DNA from: Oscillospiraceae bacterium
Lineage (GTDB): Bacteria > Bacillota > Clostridia > Oscillospirales > Oscillospiraceae
Length of the DNA: 64,000 nt
Direction of reading: 5' to 3'
Assembly: GCA_015068455.1 (NCBI GenBank)
Contig: SVKO01000001.1
Location: forward strand, 489,738-553,737
The position numbers and the translations under genes were made by a program. The notes beneath the pieces are model-generated. The model did not search any database and had not been told where the DNA came from. It worked only from the letters and a program-made list of their open reading frames with translations. Positions 9,607 through 17,071 of the stretch are shown in pieces (within the stretch, counting starts at the first letter, position 1; every line of letters begins with the position of its first letter).

Positions 9607-9822
9607 CCATTTGGTTGGGTTTTCCCGACGGTTTTTTCCCGTCCTTTTTGTGAGCATCTGCTCCGCTGACACTGCAAAGTCGCATCCCGATCCGCAGCCA
9701 GCACCGCCCATCCCCCATTTTTCGGCGAATACGGCCATTGCCGTTCGCATATACCGCCTGCGGATCTGAACCAATCGTACTTTTCTGGGGCAACATCATT
9801 TTCCAAAAGAGAGGTAAATCAA
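9607..9822 (+). promoter_or_regulatory. long (~210 nt) structured 5' leader of the zinc-ribbon gene; candidate cis-regulatory RNA
   Basis: No ORF. A 9-bp long-range pairing GATCCGCAG (9689-9697) / CTGCGGATC (9758-9766) encloses an imperfect hairpin GCGAATACGGC..GCCGTTCGC (9725-9748). A small hairpin plus T-run lies at 9626-9650. I do not recognise the class. Confidence 0.35.
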
Positions 9823-10104
9823 ATGTTCGAGGACAAGACTTTAGTATGTGTCGAATGCGGCGAAGAATTCATTTTCTCTGCCGGAGATCAGGAATTCTAC
9901 GCAGAGCGCGGCTTCCAGAATGAGCCGAAGCGCTGCAAGGCTTGCCGTGATGCACGCAAAAACGCTGCCCGCGGCCCCAGAGAGTTCTTCACTGCCGTCT
10001 GCGCGGAATGCGGCGGCGAGGCAAGAGTGCCCTTTGAGCCCAAGTCCGACAAGCCCGTGTACTGCAGCGAGTGCTTCGCGAAGAGAAGAGCCCGCGGCGA
10101 GTAA
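9823..10104 (+). CDS. CxxC-x17-CxxC zinc-ribbon domain protein
   Basis: 93 aa with two Cys4 modules (CVECG..CKAC and CAECG..CSEC) and the F.F...EQ.FY..RGF pattern of this small zinc-ribbon family. Confidence 0.85.
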   Translation: MFEDKTLVCVECGEEFIFSAGDQEFYAERGFQNEPKRCKACRDARKNAARGPREFFTAVCAECGGEARVPFEPKSDKPVYCSECFAKRRARGE

Positions 10105-10123
10105 TTCCGGCAAAATAAAGTCG

Positions 10124-10160
10124 AAAAACGCCCTCTCGGATCCGGGAGGGCGTTTTTTTA
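10124..10160 (+). terminator. intrinsic terminator of the zinc-ribbon gene
   Basis: ACGCCCTC..GAGGGCGT stem (10128-10153) followed by TTTTTTT. Confidence 0.85.
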
Positions 10161-10186
10161 TCGCAGCACAGCGGCAGGCTCGCAGT

Positions 10187-10210
10187 CCCACATGCGCCCG
10201 CCTGCGCCGC
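10187..10210 (-). repeat. dispersed copy of the 41-bp intergenic repeat seen at 41867-41989
   Basis: CCCACATGCGCCCGCCTGCGCCGC is the reverse complement of 41885-41908 (GCGGCGCAGGCGGGCGGATGTGGG) with 1 mismatch in 24. A related arm GGCAATCCGCGCCCCT follows at 10247-10260. Confidence 0.7.
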
Positions 10211-10281
10211 GCAGCCCGTCATTGCGAGGCCCCGCGGGGGCCGTGGCAATCCGCGCCCCTGATCTTTTTGCCTCCGGCGGG

Positions 10282-10394
10282 CCCCTTTCTTGTCCCGTCA
10301 AGAAAGGGGCGAAAGAACCGGCCGGGGGGAAGATTCCGATTTCTTCCCCCCGGACCCCCTATTTGAAACGGCGCAAGGGGAGTGTCCCCTTGCG
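10282..10394. repeat. cluster of three perfect 10-bp hairpins (polypurine/polypyrimidine arms)
   Basis: CCCCTTTCTT-gtcccgtc-AAGAAAGGGG (10282-10309). GGGGGGAAGA-ttccgatt-TCTTCCCCCC (10324-10351). CGCAAGGGGA-gtg-TCCCCTTGCG (10372-10394). No flanking T-runs on either strand. Confidence 0.75.
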
Positions 10395-10586
10395 AATCCC
10401 CCCGCCTGTTGTAATTTGGCGGAATACTGCGGTCAGACGATGGCTTTTCCGTCAAGACAAAAAGCGATTCCGGCCGCCCGGGTCAGCACAAAGATCTGCC
10501 TTCAGTGCTACAACATGCCGCAGGACGGCCAGGGGTCTGGCAGCCCTGCAGACAGAATCGAGGCCCTGCTCGTGCGGAGGCGGGCA

Positions 10587-11372
10587 TTATTCTGCTTCAA
10601 AGAGCTCGTCGAGCGTGCCGAATTCGTAGCCCGCGGCTTCCCATTTTGTCAGAAGCTCGTCGAGGATCTCGCCGTTGGTCTTCGAGGTGCTGTGCAGCAG
10701 GACCACGGCCCCGTTGTGGATCCGCGGCAGGAGCTTGGCAAACGCCTCCTCCCTCGTGGGCTGGGCGTCGTTGTTCCAGTCCACATAGGCCAGGGACCAG
10801 AACACCGTCCGGTAGCCCAGGGCCTTGGCCCGGCGCAGGTTCTCCTCGGAGTAGATCCCCCGGGGCGGACGGTAATACTTCTGCATGGGCTCGCCGGTGA
10901 TTTCCTCATATTTCGCCGCCACGTCCTCCAGCTCCTTCGCAAAGGCTGCCGGGTCGGCGATGCCGGACATGTCGTAGTGGTGCCAGGTGTGGTTGCCCAC
11001 GATGTGGCCCTCGCGCACCATCCGCTGCACCAGCGCCGGATTCTGCTCCAGATAGTTGCCCACCAGGAAAAACGCCGCGGGAGCATGGTGCTTTGCCAGG
11101 GCGTCGAGGATCTTTTCCGTGGCGCCGTTTTCATAGCCGGCGTCGAAGGTCAGATAGATGCGCTTCTGATTCTCGTCGCCGAGATAGACCGCGTCGTATT
11201 TTGCCAGGGCCTGCTTCGGCGCGCTGCCCGCGGGGGCGGCGCCGTCCCCGGAGAAATGCAGGCCCCAGGCCCCGGTGGGGATCGCCGCGATGCTCCGGGC
11301 GCACAGGATTACCAGCGCCAGCATGCACATTGCCGCGCCCCAGCCGAGGGCGCGCAGTACAGAATTTTTCAT
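10587..11372 (-). CDS. polysaccharide deacetylase family protein (PdaA-like, secreted)
   Basis: 261 aa with a signal/anchor peptide. NodB motifs TFDAGYENG, HAPAAFFLVGNY, GHIVGNHTWHH. AGGAGG RBS. Confidence 0.88.
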   Translation of the reverse strand: MKNSVLRALGWGAAMCMLALVILCARSIAAIPTGAWGLHFSGDGAAPAGSAPKQALAKYDAVYLGDENQKRIYLTFDAGYENGATEKILDALAKHHAPAAFFLVGNYLEQNPALVQRMVREGHIVGNHTWHHYDMSGIADPAAFAKELEDVAAKYEEITGEPMQKYYRPPRGIYSEENLRRAKALGYRTVFWSLAYVDWNNDAQPTREEAFAKLLPRIHNGAVVLLHSTSKTNGEILDELLTKWEAAGYEFGTLDELFEAE

Positions 11373-11500
11373 AATCCGCCTCCTGTAACACCGTTTGTTT
11401 TCATTGTATGCGCGGAAGCGGCCGGTTATTCGTTTTTTGACCGGCCCCGATGGGGCATAATGCCGCCGTCCCCCGGCATAGGCTTTGCCGGAGGGTTGCT

Positions 11501-11992
11501 ATGAAGAAAACGTTTTTCCTGTCCTTTCTCGCCGCGGCGGGGCTCGGCACCGCCGGGCATTTTCTCTATGCGCTGTGGCCCAACGCCCTGACGGCGCTGA
11601 TCGCGCCGGTGAACGAGGGCGTGTGGGAGCATCTGAAGCTGCTGTACTTCCCGCCGCTGTTGGTTTTTCTGTTCCTCAGCCTGCGGACGGCAAAGCCCCG
11701 GCGCGATTTCTGGAGCGGGGCGCTGTACGGGGTGCTGCTGGGCCCCGTGCTGCTGACGTCGGCCTTTTATACCCTGACCGCCGGCTTCGGCGTCCGGGCC
11801 CGGCCGGCCTTCGATATCCCGCTGTACTACGTCTGTCTGGCGGCCGCGTGGATCTGCGCGTTTGGCAGGATCGAAAGCGGCGGGGCCGCCCGATTCCTCG
11901 GGGCGCTGGTGATCGGCTGCGGGGTGCTGGGCGCGGCGTTTGCGGTGTTCACCGCCGCCGCGCCGCCGCTGCCGATCTTTCTGCCCGCATAA
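11501..11992 (+). CDS. hypothetical integral membrane protein (DUF6512-like)
   Basis: Start reset to ATG 11501 (GGAGGG RBS at 11490). MKKTFFLSFLAAAGLGTAGHFLYALWP..VNEGVWEHLKLLYFP plus about 5 TM helices. The family assignment is from memory of the NE.VWEHLKL motif. Confidence 0.7.
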   Translation: MKKTFFLSFLAAAGLGTAGHFLYALWPNALTALIAPVNEGVWEHLKLLYFPPLLVFLFLSLRTAKPRRDFWSGALYGVLLGPVLLTSAFYTLTAGFGVRARPAFDIPLYYVCLAAAWICAFGRIESGGAARFLGALVIGCGVLGAAFAVFTAAAPPLPIFLPA

Positions 11993-12028
11993 TCCGCATA
12001 AAAAGAAAGAAAAAACGGCAAATAACGG

Positions 12029-12057
12029 TTGACAAACGGGAAAAACCGTGCTATTAT
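12029..12057 (+). promoter_or_regulatory. sigma-A promoter of the infC-rpmI-rplT operon
   Basis: TTGACA (12029-12034), 17 nt, TATTAT (12052-12057). Confidence 0.7.
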
Positions 12058-12184
12058 AACGCGGACAAGAAAGAAGGCACCGCGGCGCCTCACCTCACGA
12101 CTCGATCAAAGAGGTCAACATGCAAGATCTCCCAAGGGGAGTCTCTGTGTGCGGGTGCGGCTGTGCATCCGCTTTTCATTTTTA
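12058..12184 (+). promoter_or_regulatory. L20-type ribosomal leader / attenuator upstream of infC
   Basis: ~130-nt untranslated leader ending in hairpin GCGGGTGC-ggctgt-GCATCCGC (12151-12172) plus TTTTCATTTTT, directly before the infC RBS. Firmicutes regulate this operon by an L20-binding leader with a terminator. The fold was not modelled. Confidence 0.45.
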
Positions 12185-12200
12185 TTGGAGGTGCTTCACC

Positions 12201-12719
12201 ATCGCTAAATTAGACCACCAGCTCAACACCGACATCCGCGATGCAGAGGTCAGAGTGATCGGCAGCGACGGCACGATGCTGGGGATCATGTCCTCAGAAC
12301 AGGCGCTTGCCCTGGCGGAGGAGCAGGATCTCGACCTGGTCAAGATCTCCCCGACCGCGAATCCTCCGGTCTGTAAGATCATGGACTACGGCAAGTTCCG
12401 CTTCGACCAGCTCAAAAAGGAAAAAGAGGCCCGGAAAAACCAGCGGGTGGTGGAGATCAAGGAGATCCGCATGTCTCCCGGCATTGACACCAACGACTTC
12501 AACGTCAAGCTCAGGAACGCGCTCAAGTTCCTGCGCGAAGGCAACCGGGTCAAGGTCACTGTGCGCTTCCGTGGCCGCGAGATGGCGCATACCAACATCG
12601 GCGAGGGCCTGCTGCGCTCGTTTGCCGATGGCTGCTCAGAGGTGGCCAATATGGAGAAGAACCCCAAGCTCGACGGCAGGCATATGAGCATTTTCCTGTC
12701 GCCCAAAAAGGAAAAGTAA
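12201..12719 (+). CDS. infC: translation initiation factor IF-3 (non-AUG ATC start)
   Basis: IAKLDHQLNTDIRDAEVRVIGSDGTMLGIMSSEQAL..KISPTANPPVCKIMDYGKFRF.. is IF-3. GGAGGTG (12187-12193) lies 7 nt before in-frame ATC 12201. The upstream ATG 12120 would add 27 non-IF3 residues that overlap the leader terminator. Confidence 0.85.
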   Translation: MAKLDHQLNTDIRDAEVRVIGSDGTMLGIMSSEQALALAEEQDLDLVKISPTANPPVCKIMDYGKFRFDQLKKEKEARKNQRVVEIKEIRMSPGIDTNDFNVKLRNALKFLREGNRVKVTVRFRGREMAHTNIGEGLLRSFADGCSEVANMEKNPKLDGRHMSIFLSPKKEK

Positions 12720-12755
12720 CGCTTTCATCAGCGATCATACGGAAGGAGTATCAAC

Positions 12756-12953
12756 ATGCCGAAACTGAAGACCCACAGTGGCGCCAAGAAGAGATTCAAC
12801 CTCACCAAGACCGGTAAGGTCAAGAGAGCCCACGCATTCAAGAGCCATATCCTCACCAAGAAGGACACGAAGCGTACCCGCCGTCTGAGAACGACGACCT
12901 ACGCCGACGTCACCAACGTGGAAACCATCAAAAAGATGATTCCCTACAAGTAA
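12756..12953 (+). CDS. rpmI: 50S ribosomal protein L35
   Basis: [36 protein letters not shown].., 65 aa. Confidence 0.97.
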   Translation: MPKLKTHSGAKKRFNLTKTGKVKRAHAFKSHILTKKDTKRTRRLRTTTYADVTNVETIKKMIPYK

Positions 12954-12974
12954 GCGGAACAGGAGGATATAGAA

Positions 12975-13328
12975 ATGGCACGAGTAAAAGGCGCGATGAT
13001 GACGCGCAAGAGAAGAAACAAGACCCTGAAGCTGGCCAAGTCCTACTGGGGCTCCAAGTCCACCCACTTCAAGATGGCCAAGCAGGCCGTCAAGAAGTCC
13101 GGCGTTTACGCTTATGTCGGCCGCAAGCTGAAGAAGAGAGATTTCCGCCGCCTGTGGATCACCCGTATCTCCGCCGCGGTCGCTCCCTTCGGTCTGAACT
13201 ACAGCCGCTTCATGTACGGTCTGAAGAAGGCCGGCGTGGAGATGAACCGCAAGTCCCTGTCCGAGCTGGCCATCAACGACAGCGCCGCGTTCGCCGCTCT
13301 GGTGGACGTCGCCAAGGCCGAGCTTTAA
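12975..13328 (+). CDS. rplT: 50S ribosomal protein L20
   Basis: [29 protein letters not shown].., 117 aa. Confidence 0.97.
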   Translation: MARVKGAMMTRKRRNKTLKLAKSYWGSKSTHFKMAKQAVKKSGVYAYVGRKLKKRDFRRLWITRISAAVAPFGLNYSRFMYGLKKAGVEMNRKSLSELAINDSAAFAALVDVAKAEL

Positions 13329-13345
13329 TTCCATCGAAGCAACAG

Positions 13346-13377
13346 CCGCCCCGATCATCGGGGCGGTTTTTGTTTTT
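13346..13377 (+). terminator. intrinsic terminator after rplT
   Basis: CCGCCCCGA-tca-TCGGGGCGG followed by TTTTTGTTTTT. Confidence 0.85.
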
Positions 13378-13504
13378 CCCGTACGGACGATTGTTCACAA
13401 AAAGTTTGCTTGTGTTCGGCGTTCTACAGGCTTATACTGCAGTCAGGGGCCAGTGCAGTTGACCGCGCACAAAAACGCCCCGGTTCAGAGGGGGGAAAAG
13501 AATC

Positions 13505-14395
13505 ATGTCGACCAGGAAGCCGAAGCTCTTGACCGCGTTGCTTGCTGCACTGACGGCGGGGCTGCTCGTGCTCACCTATATCCCCGGTACGTGGATCCTC
13601 AAGAACTACAATCCCGGCGCCGTACCCACCCGGCTTAAAAACTTTTATACATGCTTCAGTCCCTTTTCCATTCTGTCAGGCCTTGCGTGTACGGCCGGCC
13701 TGCCGGCAGCCCTGGCGTCCCTGCGGAAGCCGCGGCGCAAATGGCTCACGGCTGCGGGCGTCCTGCTGGAGACCGCGGCGCTCCTGTCCGTCGCTGATCC
13801 GATCTATCAGGTCCTTTTCCATTATTTCAAATACCCGGACGTTCCCCTCGCGTCGCTGAATCCGGAGTGGACAGCCTGGGTCGGCGTTTACTGCGCCGGC
13901 GCTCTTGCCGCGTCCGCGCTGGCCTTTTATCTCCGGCGGCTGTCGGAGGATCCCGCGCCGAGGCCGGTCTTCTCCCAGGGGCAGATGGCCCTGTGCTGCC
14001 TGGCCATCGCCGCGATCCTTGCCCTGGGATTTGTCAATCGGGGCTGGAAATGGAACTTCTCCGATGGGAGCATGTCCTTTGAGCGCTGGTATGAAGGAGG
14101 TGGCGGTATCCTGACAGAGCTCTCTCTGTGTCTGACGGCCGTGGCGTTATATCTGGCGCTGCAGCACGTGATTGGCCTTGTCAAGGGCCGTCCCGCATCC
14201 TGCGCGGCGTTGCTCCTTGTCGCGGCAGCTTTGATCATCGTCCGGATCGTTTTGACATACGTTTCTTCTGACTCGGTTTACACCAGCTGCGTCCCGCTTC
14301 CGCTGACGTATTGTATCGCTGCCGCGCAGCTCGCTCTCGGGCTGCGCCTGCTGAGGCGAGGGAAAAAGCAATCCGCCTGGGCGCCGGATTTTTGA
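13505..14395 (+). CDS. hypothetical polytopic membrane protein
   Basis: 296 aa with about 8 hydrophobic segments and positive-inside loops (RKPRRK, RRLSED, RRGKK). GAGGGGGG RBS. I recognise no family motif. Confidence 0.65.
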   Translation: MSTRKPKLLTALLAALTAGLLVLTYIPGTWILKNYNPGAVPTRLKNFYTCFSPFSILSGLACTAGLPAALASLRKPRRKWLTAAGVLLETAALLSVADPIYQVLFHYFKYPDVPLASLNPEWTAWVGVYCAGALAASALAFYLRRLSEDPAPRPVFSQGQMALCCLAIAAILALGFVNRGWKWNFSDGSMSFERWYEGGGGILTELSLCLTAVALYLALQHVIGLVKGRPASCAALLLVAAALIIVRIVLTYVSSDSVYTSCVPLPLTYCIAAAQLALGLRLLRRGKKQSAWAPDF

Positions 14396-14409
14396 AAACG
14401 AATCACCAC

Positions 14410-14446
14410 AACCCGCCCCGGACAAAGCCCGGGGCGGGTTGTTTCC
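14410..14446 (+). terminator. intrinsic terminator
   Basis: AACCCGCCCCGG-acaaag-CCCGGGGCGGGTT followed by GTTTCC. Confidence 0.7.
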
Positions 14447-14572
14447 TGCGGCGATCATTCGACGGCCGTGCCGCGGCGGCGGGCGGCCATCCGGTTTCCG
14501 GTTTTCTCGGCGCGGACGGCCGGCAGCTTCGGATCACGGATCTCCATGCCCGGCGTTTTTTCCGGATCTTCC

Positions 14573-14611
14573 ATAAAAATCACCCCGTGGGCAGTATGCC
14601 GCACGGGGTGA
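14573..14611 (-). terminator. intrinsic terminator of the ddh-malic enzyme transcript
   Basis: Minus strand: CACCCCGTG-loop-CACGGGGTG followed by ATTTTTAT, 20 nt after the malic enzyme stop. Confidence 0.8.
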
Positions 14612-14630
14612 AAAACATGTATTCGTATTT

Positions 14631-15803
14631 TCAGATGCGCGCCACGCCGCTGTCTCTGGCGGCCTGGGCCACGGCCTGGGCCACGGCGGGGCCGACCCGG
14701 GGATCGAAGGGGGCGGGGATGATGTAGTCCTCGCGCAGTTCCTCGTCGGAGATGAGGCCCGCCAGGGCCTTCGCCGCCGCCACCTTCATGGGCTCGTTGA
14801 TGTCCGAGGCCCGCACGTCGAAGGTGCCGCGGAAGATGCCGGGGAAGGCGAGCACGTTGTTGATCTGGTTGGGGTAGTCGCTGCGGCCCGTGGCCACGAT
14901 CCGCGCGCCCGCGGCCCTGGCCTCCATGGGGCTGATCTCGGGATCGGGATTGGCGCAGGCGAAGACGATGGGATCGCGGTTCATGGAGCGCACCATGTCG
15001 CCGGTGACGGTGTTCGGCGCGCTGACGCCGATGAAGATATCCGCGCCGGCGAGCATGTCGCCGATGGAGCCGGCCCGGCGCTCCAGATTGGTGACCTCGG
15101 CCATCTCGGCCTTGATCCAGTTGAGGCCCTCGCGGCCGGCGTAGATGGCGCCGCGGCGGTCGCACATGGTGATGTGGCGGAAGCCCGCGGAGAGCAACAG
15201 CTTGACGATGGATACCGCCGCCGCGCCGGCGCCGGAGGTGACGATGCGCACGTCCTCGGGCCGCTTGTTCACGAGCTTCAGGGCGTTGGTCAGGCCTGCC
15301 AGGGTGATGACGGCGGTGCCGTGCTGGTCGTCGTGGAAGATGGGGATGTCGCACAGCTCCTTGAGCTTGCGCTCGATCTCAAAGCAGCGGGGCGCGGAGA
15401 TATCCTCCAGGTTGATGCCGCCGAAGGAGCCGGAGAGCAGGTAGACGGTGCGGACGAATTCGTCCACATCCTTGGTCTTGATGCAAAGGGGGAAGGCATC
15501 CACATCGCCGAAGGTCTTGAACAGGACGCATTTGCCCTCCATGACCGGCATGCCGGCCTCGGGGCCGATGTCGCCCAGGCCCAGCACCGCGCTGCCGTCG
15601 GTGATGACGGCGCAGAGGTTGTGCCGCCGGGTGAGCTCATAGCTCAGGGACGGGTCTTTCTGGATCTCCAGGCAGGGCCGGGCCACGCCGGGGGTGTAGG
15701 CCAGGCTCAGGGCGTCCTTGGAATCCGCGGGGACGGTGGCGATGACCTCGAGCTTGCCCCGCCACTGGCGGTGCAGCTCCAGGGAGCGTTCGGAATAGTT
15801 CAT
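14631..15803 (-). CDS. NAD(P)-dependent malic enzyme
   Basis: MNYSERSLELHRQWRGKLEV.., SLAYTPGVA, GSAVLGLGDIGPEAGMPVMEGK, FGGINLEDI, and GAGAA Rossmann motif. Start reset to ATG 15803 (AGGAGA RBS); 390 aa. Confidence 0.93.
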   Translation of the reverse strand: MNYSERSLELHRQWRGKLEVIATVPADSKDALSLAYTPGVARPCLEIQKDPSLSYELTRRHNLCAVITDGSAVLGLGDIGPEAGMPVMEGKCVLFKTFGDVDAFPLCIKTKDVDEFVRTVYLLSGSFGGINLEDISAPRCFEIERKLKELCDIPIFHDDQHGTAVITLAGLTNALKLVNKRPEDVRIVTSGAGAAAVSIVKLLLSAGFRHITMCDRRGAIYAGREGLNWIKAEMAEVTNLERRAGSIGDMLAGADIFIGVSAPNTVTGDMVRSMNRDPIVFACANPDPEISPMEARAAGARIVATGRSDYPNQINNVLAFPGIFRGTFDVRASDINEPMKVAAAKALAGLISDEELREDYIIPAPFDPRVGPAVAQAVAQAARDSGVARI

Positions 15804-15831
15804 GGATGCTTCTCCTAACATGATAAAAATA

Positions 15832-16812
15832 TTACAGCCGGTGGGCGATGAGCTCCTCGCGGGCCATGGGGCTGACGTCCACGGGGGCAATGTCGAATAC
15901 GGTCTTGCAGCCCTTGTCGCCGCGCTTTGCCATGCGGTCCACGGCCCGGGCGAAGGCCGCCAGCACGCTGCCGGTGAACTCGGGATTGGAATCGAGCTTC
16001 AGAGAGAATTCAAAGACCTCGGTGTTGGCGTCGCCCAGGCCGGTGCGGCCGGTGCGGATGACGCTGCCGCCGTGGGGCAGGCCGGCGTGATCCCGGCGCA
16101 GCTCCTCCATGGTGATGAAGGTGACGGTGGTATCGTAGTCGGCGAAATAGGCCGGCATGGTGACGATGGCCTCGCGGATGGCGTCCTTGTCCGCGTCCTC
16201 CGCGGCCACGACGAAGCATTCGCGCTTGTGCTTCTCGCGGACGGTGAGCTCCGGATTTTCGCCGGCGCGCACACGCTCCACGGCCTCGGGCACCGGCACG
16301 GTGTACTGCCGGGCATCCAGCACGCCGGGGATGCGGCGGATGGCGTCGGAATGGCCCTGGGACACGCCGCGGCCCCAGAAGGTATAGTCCTCGCCGTCAG
16401 GCAGGACGGCGCCGGCATAGACCCGCGCCAGGGAGAACAGGCCCGGGTCCCAGCCGCAGGAGATCAGCGCCACATGGCCGGAGGCCTGGGCGGCGTCGTC
16501 CACGGCGGCGTAGTGCACGGGGATGCAGGAATGGTTGTCATAGGAATCCACGACGTTGAAGAGCTTCGCCAGGGACGGGGTCATGATGGGCAGGTCCGTG
16601 GCGGAGCCGCCGCAGAGCATCAGCACGTCGATGCGGTCGGCCCAATCGGGCAGCTCGTCGGCGCTGACCACCGGAACGCCGGGGGTGGCGATGGTGAGCG
16701 AGCCGGGATCGCGGCGGGTGAAGACGGCGGCAAGCTCCATGTCCGCATTGCGGGCGATGGCGTTTTCCACGCCCTTGCCGAGGTTGCCGTAGCCATAAAT
16801 ACCAAGTTTCAT
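15832..16812 (-). CDS. ddh: meso-diaminopimelate D-dehydrogenase
   Basis: 326 aa. MKLGIYGYGNLGKGVENAI.. Rossmann opening, CGGSATDLP, WDPGLFS and SQGHSDA motifs typical of Ddh. Confidence 0.88.
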   Translation of the reverse strand: MKLGIYGYGNLGKGVENAIARNADMELAAVFTRRDPGSLTIATPGVPVVSADELPDWADRIDVLMLCGGSATDLPIMTPSLAKLFNVVDSYDNHSCIPVHYAAVDDAAQASGHVALISCGWDPGLFSLARVYAGAVLPDGEDYTFWGRGVSQGHSDAIRRIPGVLDARQYTVPVPEAVERVRAGENPELTVREKHKRECFVVAAEDADKDAIREAIVTMPAYFADYDTTVTFITMEELRRDHAGLPHGGSVIRTGRTGLGDANTEVFEFSLKLDSNPEFTGSVLAAFARAVDRMAKRGDKGCKTVFDIAPVDVSPMAREELIAHRL

Positions 16813-16880
16813 GTGTTTGCCTCCTTATCGCAAGAAAAGAACAGCGGATACGCGATCTGCGCCGAACCCGGCACATGAAA

Positions 16881-16909
16881 ATTATACCGGGTTTTCCCCG
16901 GAAATTCAA
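16881..16909 (-). promoter_or_regulatory. sigma-A promoter of ddh
   Basis: Minus strand TTGAAT (16909-16904), 17 nt, TATAAT (16886-16881), about 70 nt upstream of the ddh ATG. Confidence 0.65.
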
Positions 16910-17014
16910 GAAAACCAGACAAAAACGGCGGCCAAAAATCCGGGGATCGCACCGCGGATTTATGGCGATTGTGCCAAAAACCGCGGGGAAAGCGTCCCGG
17001 AAAATGCGAAATCG

Positions 17015-17052
17015 GAAGGGAAACCGGCCCGTCACGCTGCGTGACGGGCCGG
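17015..17052 (-). terminator. intrinsic terminator ending the long ytvI..CYTH operon
   Basis: CCGGCCCGTCAC-gcagc-GTGACGGGCCGG perfect 12-bp stem, followed on the minus strand by TTTCCCTT. Confidence 0.7.
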
Positions 17053-17071
17053 GTATCGGATTGCATTTAGT

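Noticed and set aside
10161-10586. SRP RNA, RNase P RNA, tmRNA or 6S RNA in the large non-coding gap
   Set aside because: I could not find the conserved cores: GGAAGCAGCC-type SRP domain IV, GAGGAAAGUCC for RNase P, or a tRNA-like CCA end for tmRNA. The tract remains unassigned.
12120-12200. ATG-initiated 199-aa form of infC
   Set aside because: The extra 27 residues (MQDLPRGVSVCGCGCASAFHFYWRCFT) are not IF-3-like. They have no RBS and span the leader terminator.
14455-14574. 39-aa minus-strand ORF (MEDPEKTPGMEIRDPKLPAV..) between two terminators
   Set aside because: It has no RBS and no promoter, and it starts immediately after the malic enzyme terminator. The composition is unremarkable, so it is most likely chance.
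16813-16880. Lysine (L-box) riboswitch upstream of ddh
   Set aside because: A good promoter at 16881-16909 leaves only a ~70-nt leader. No L-box conserved helices are discernible.
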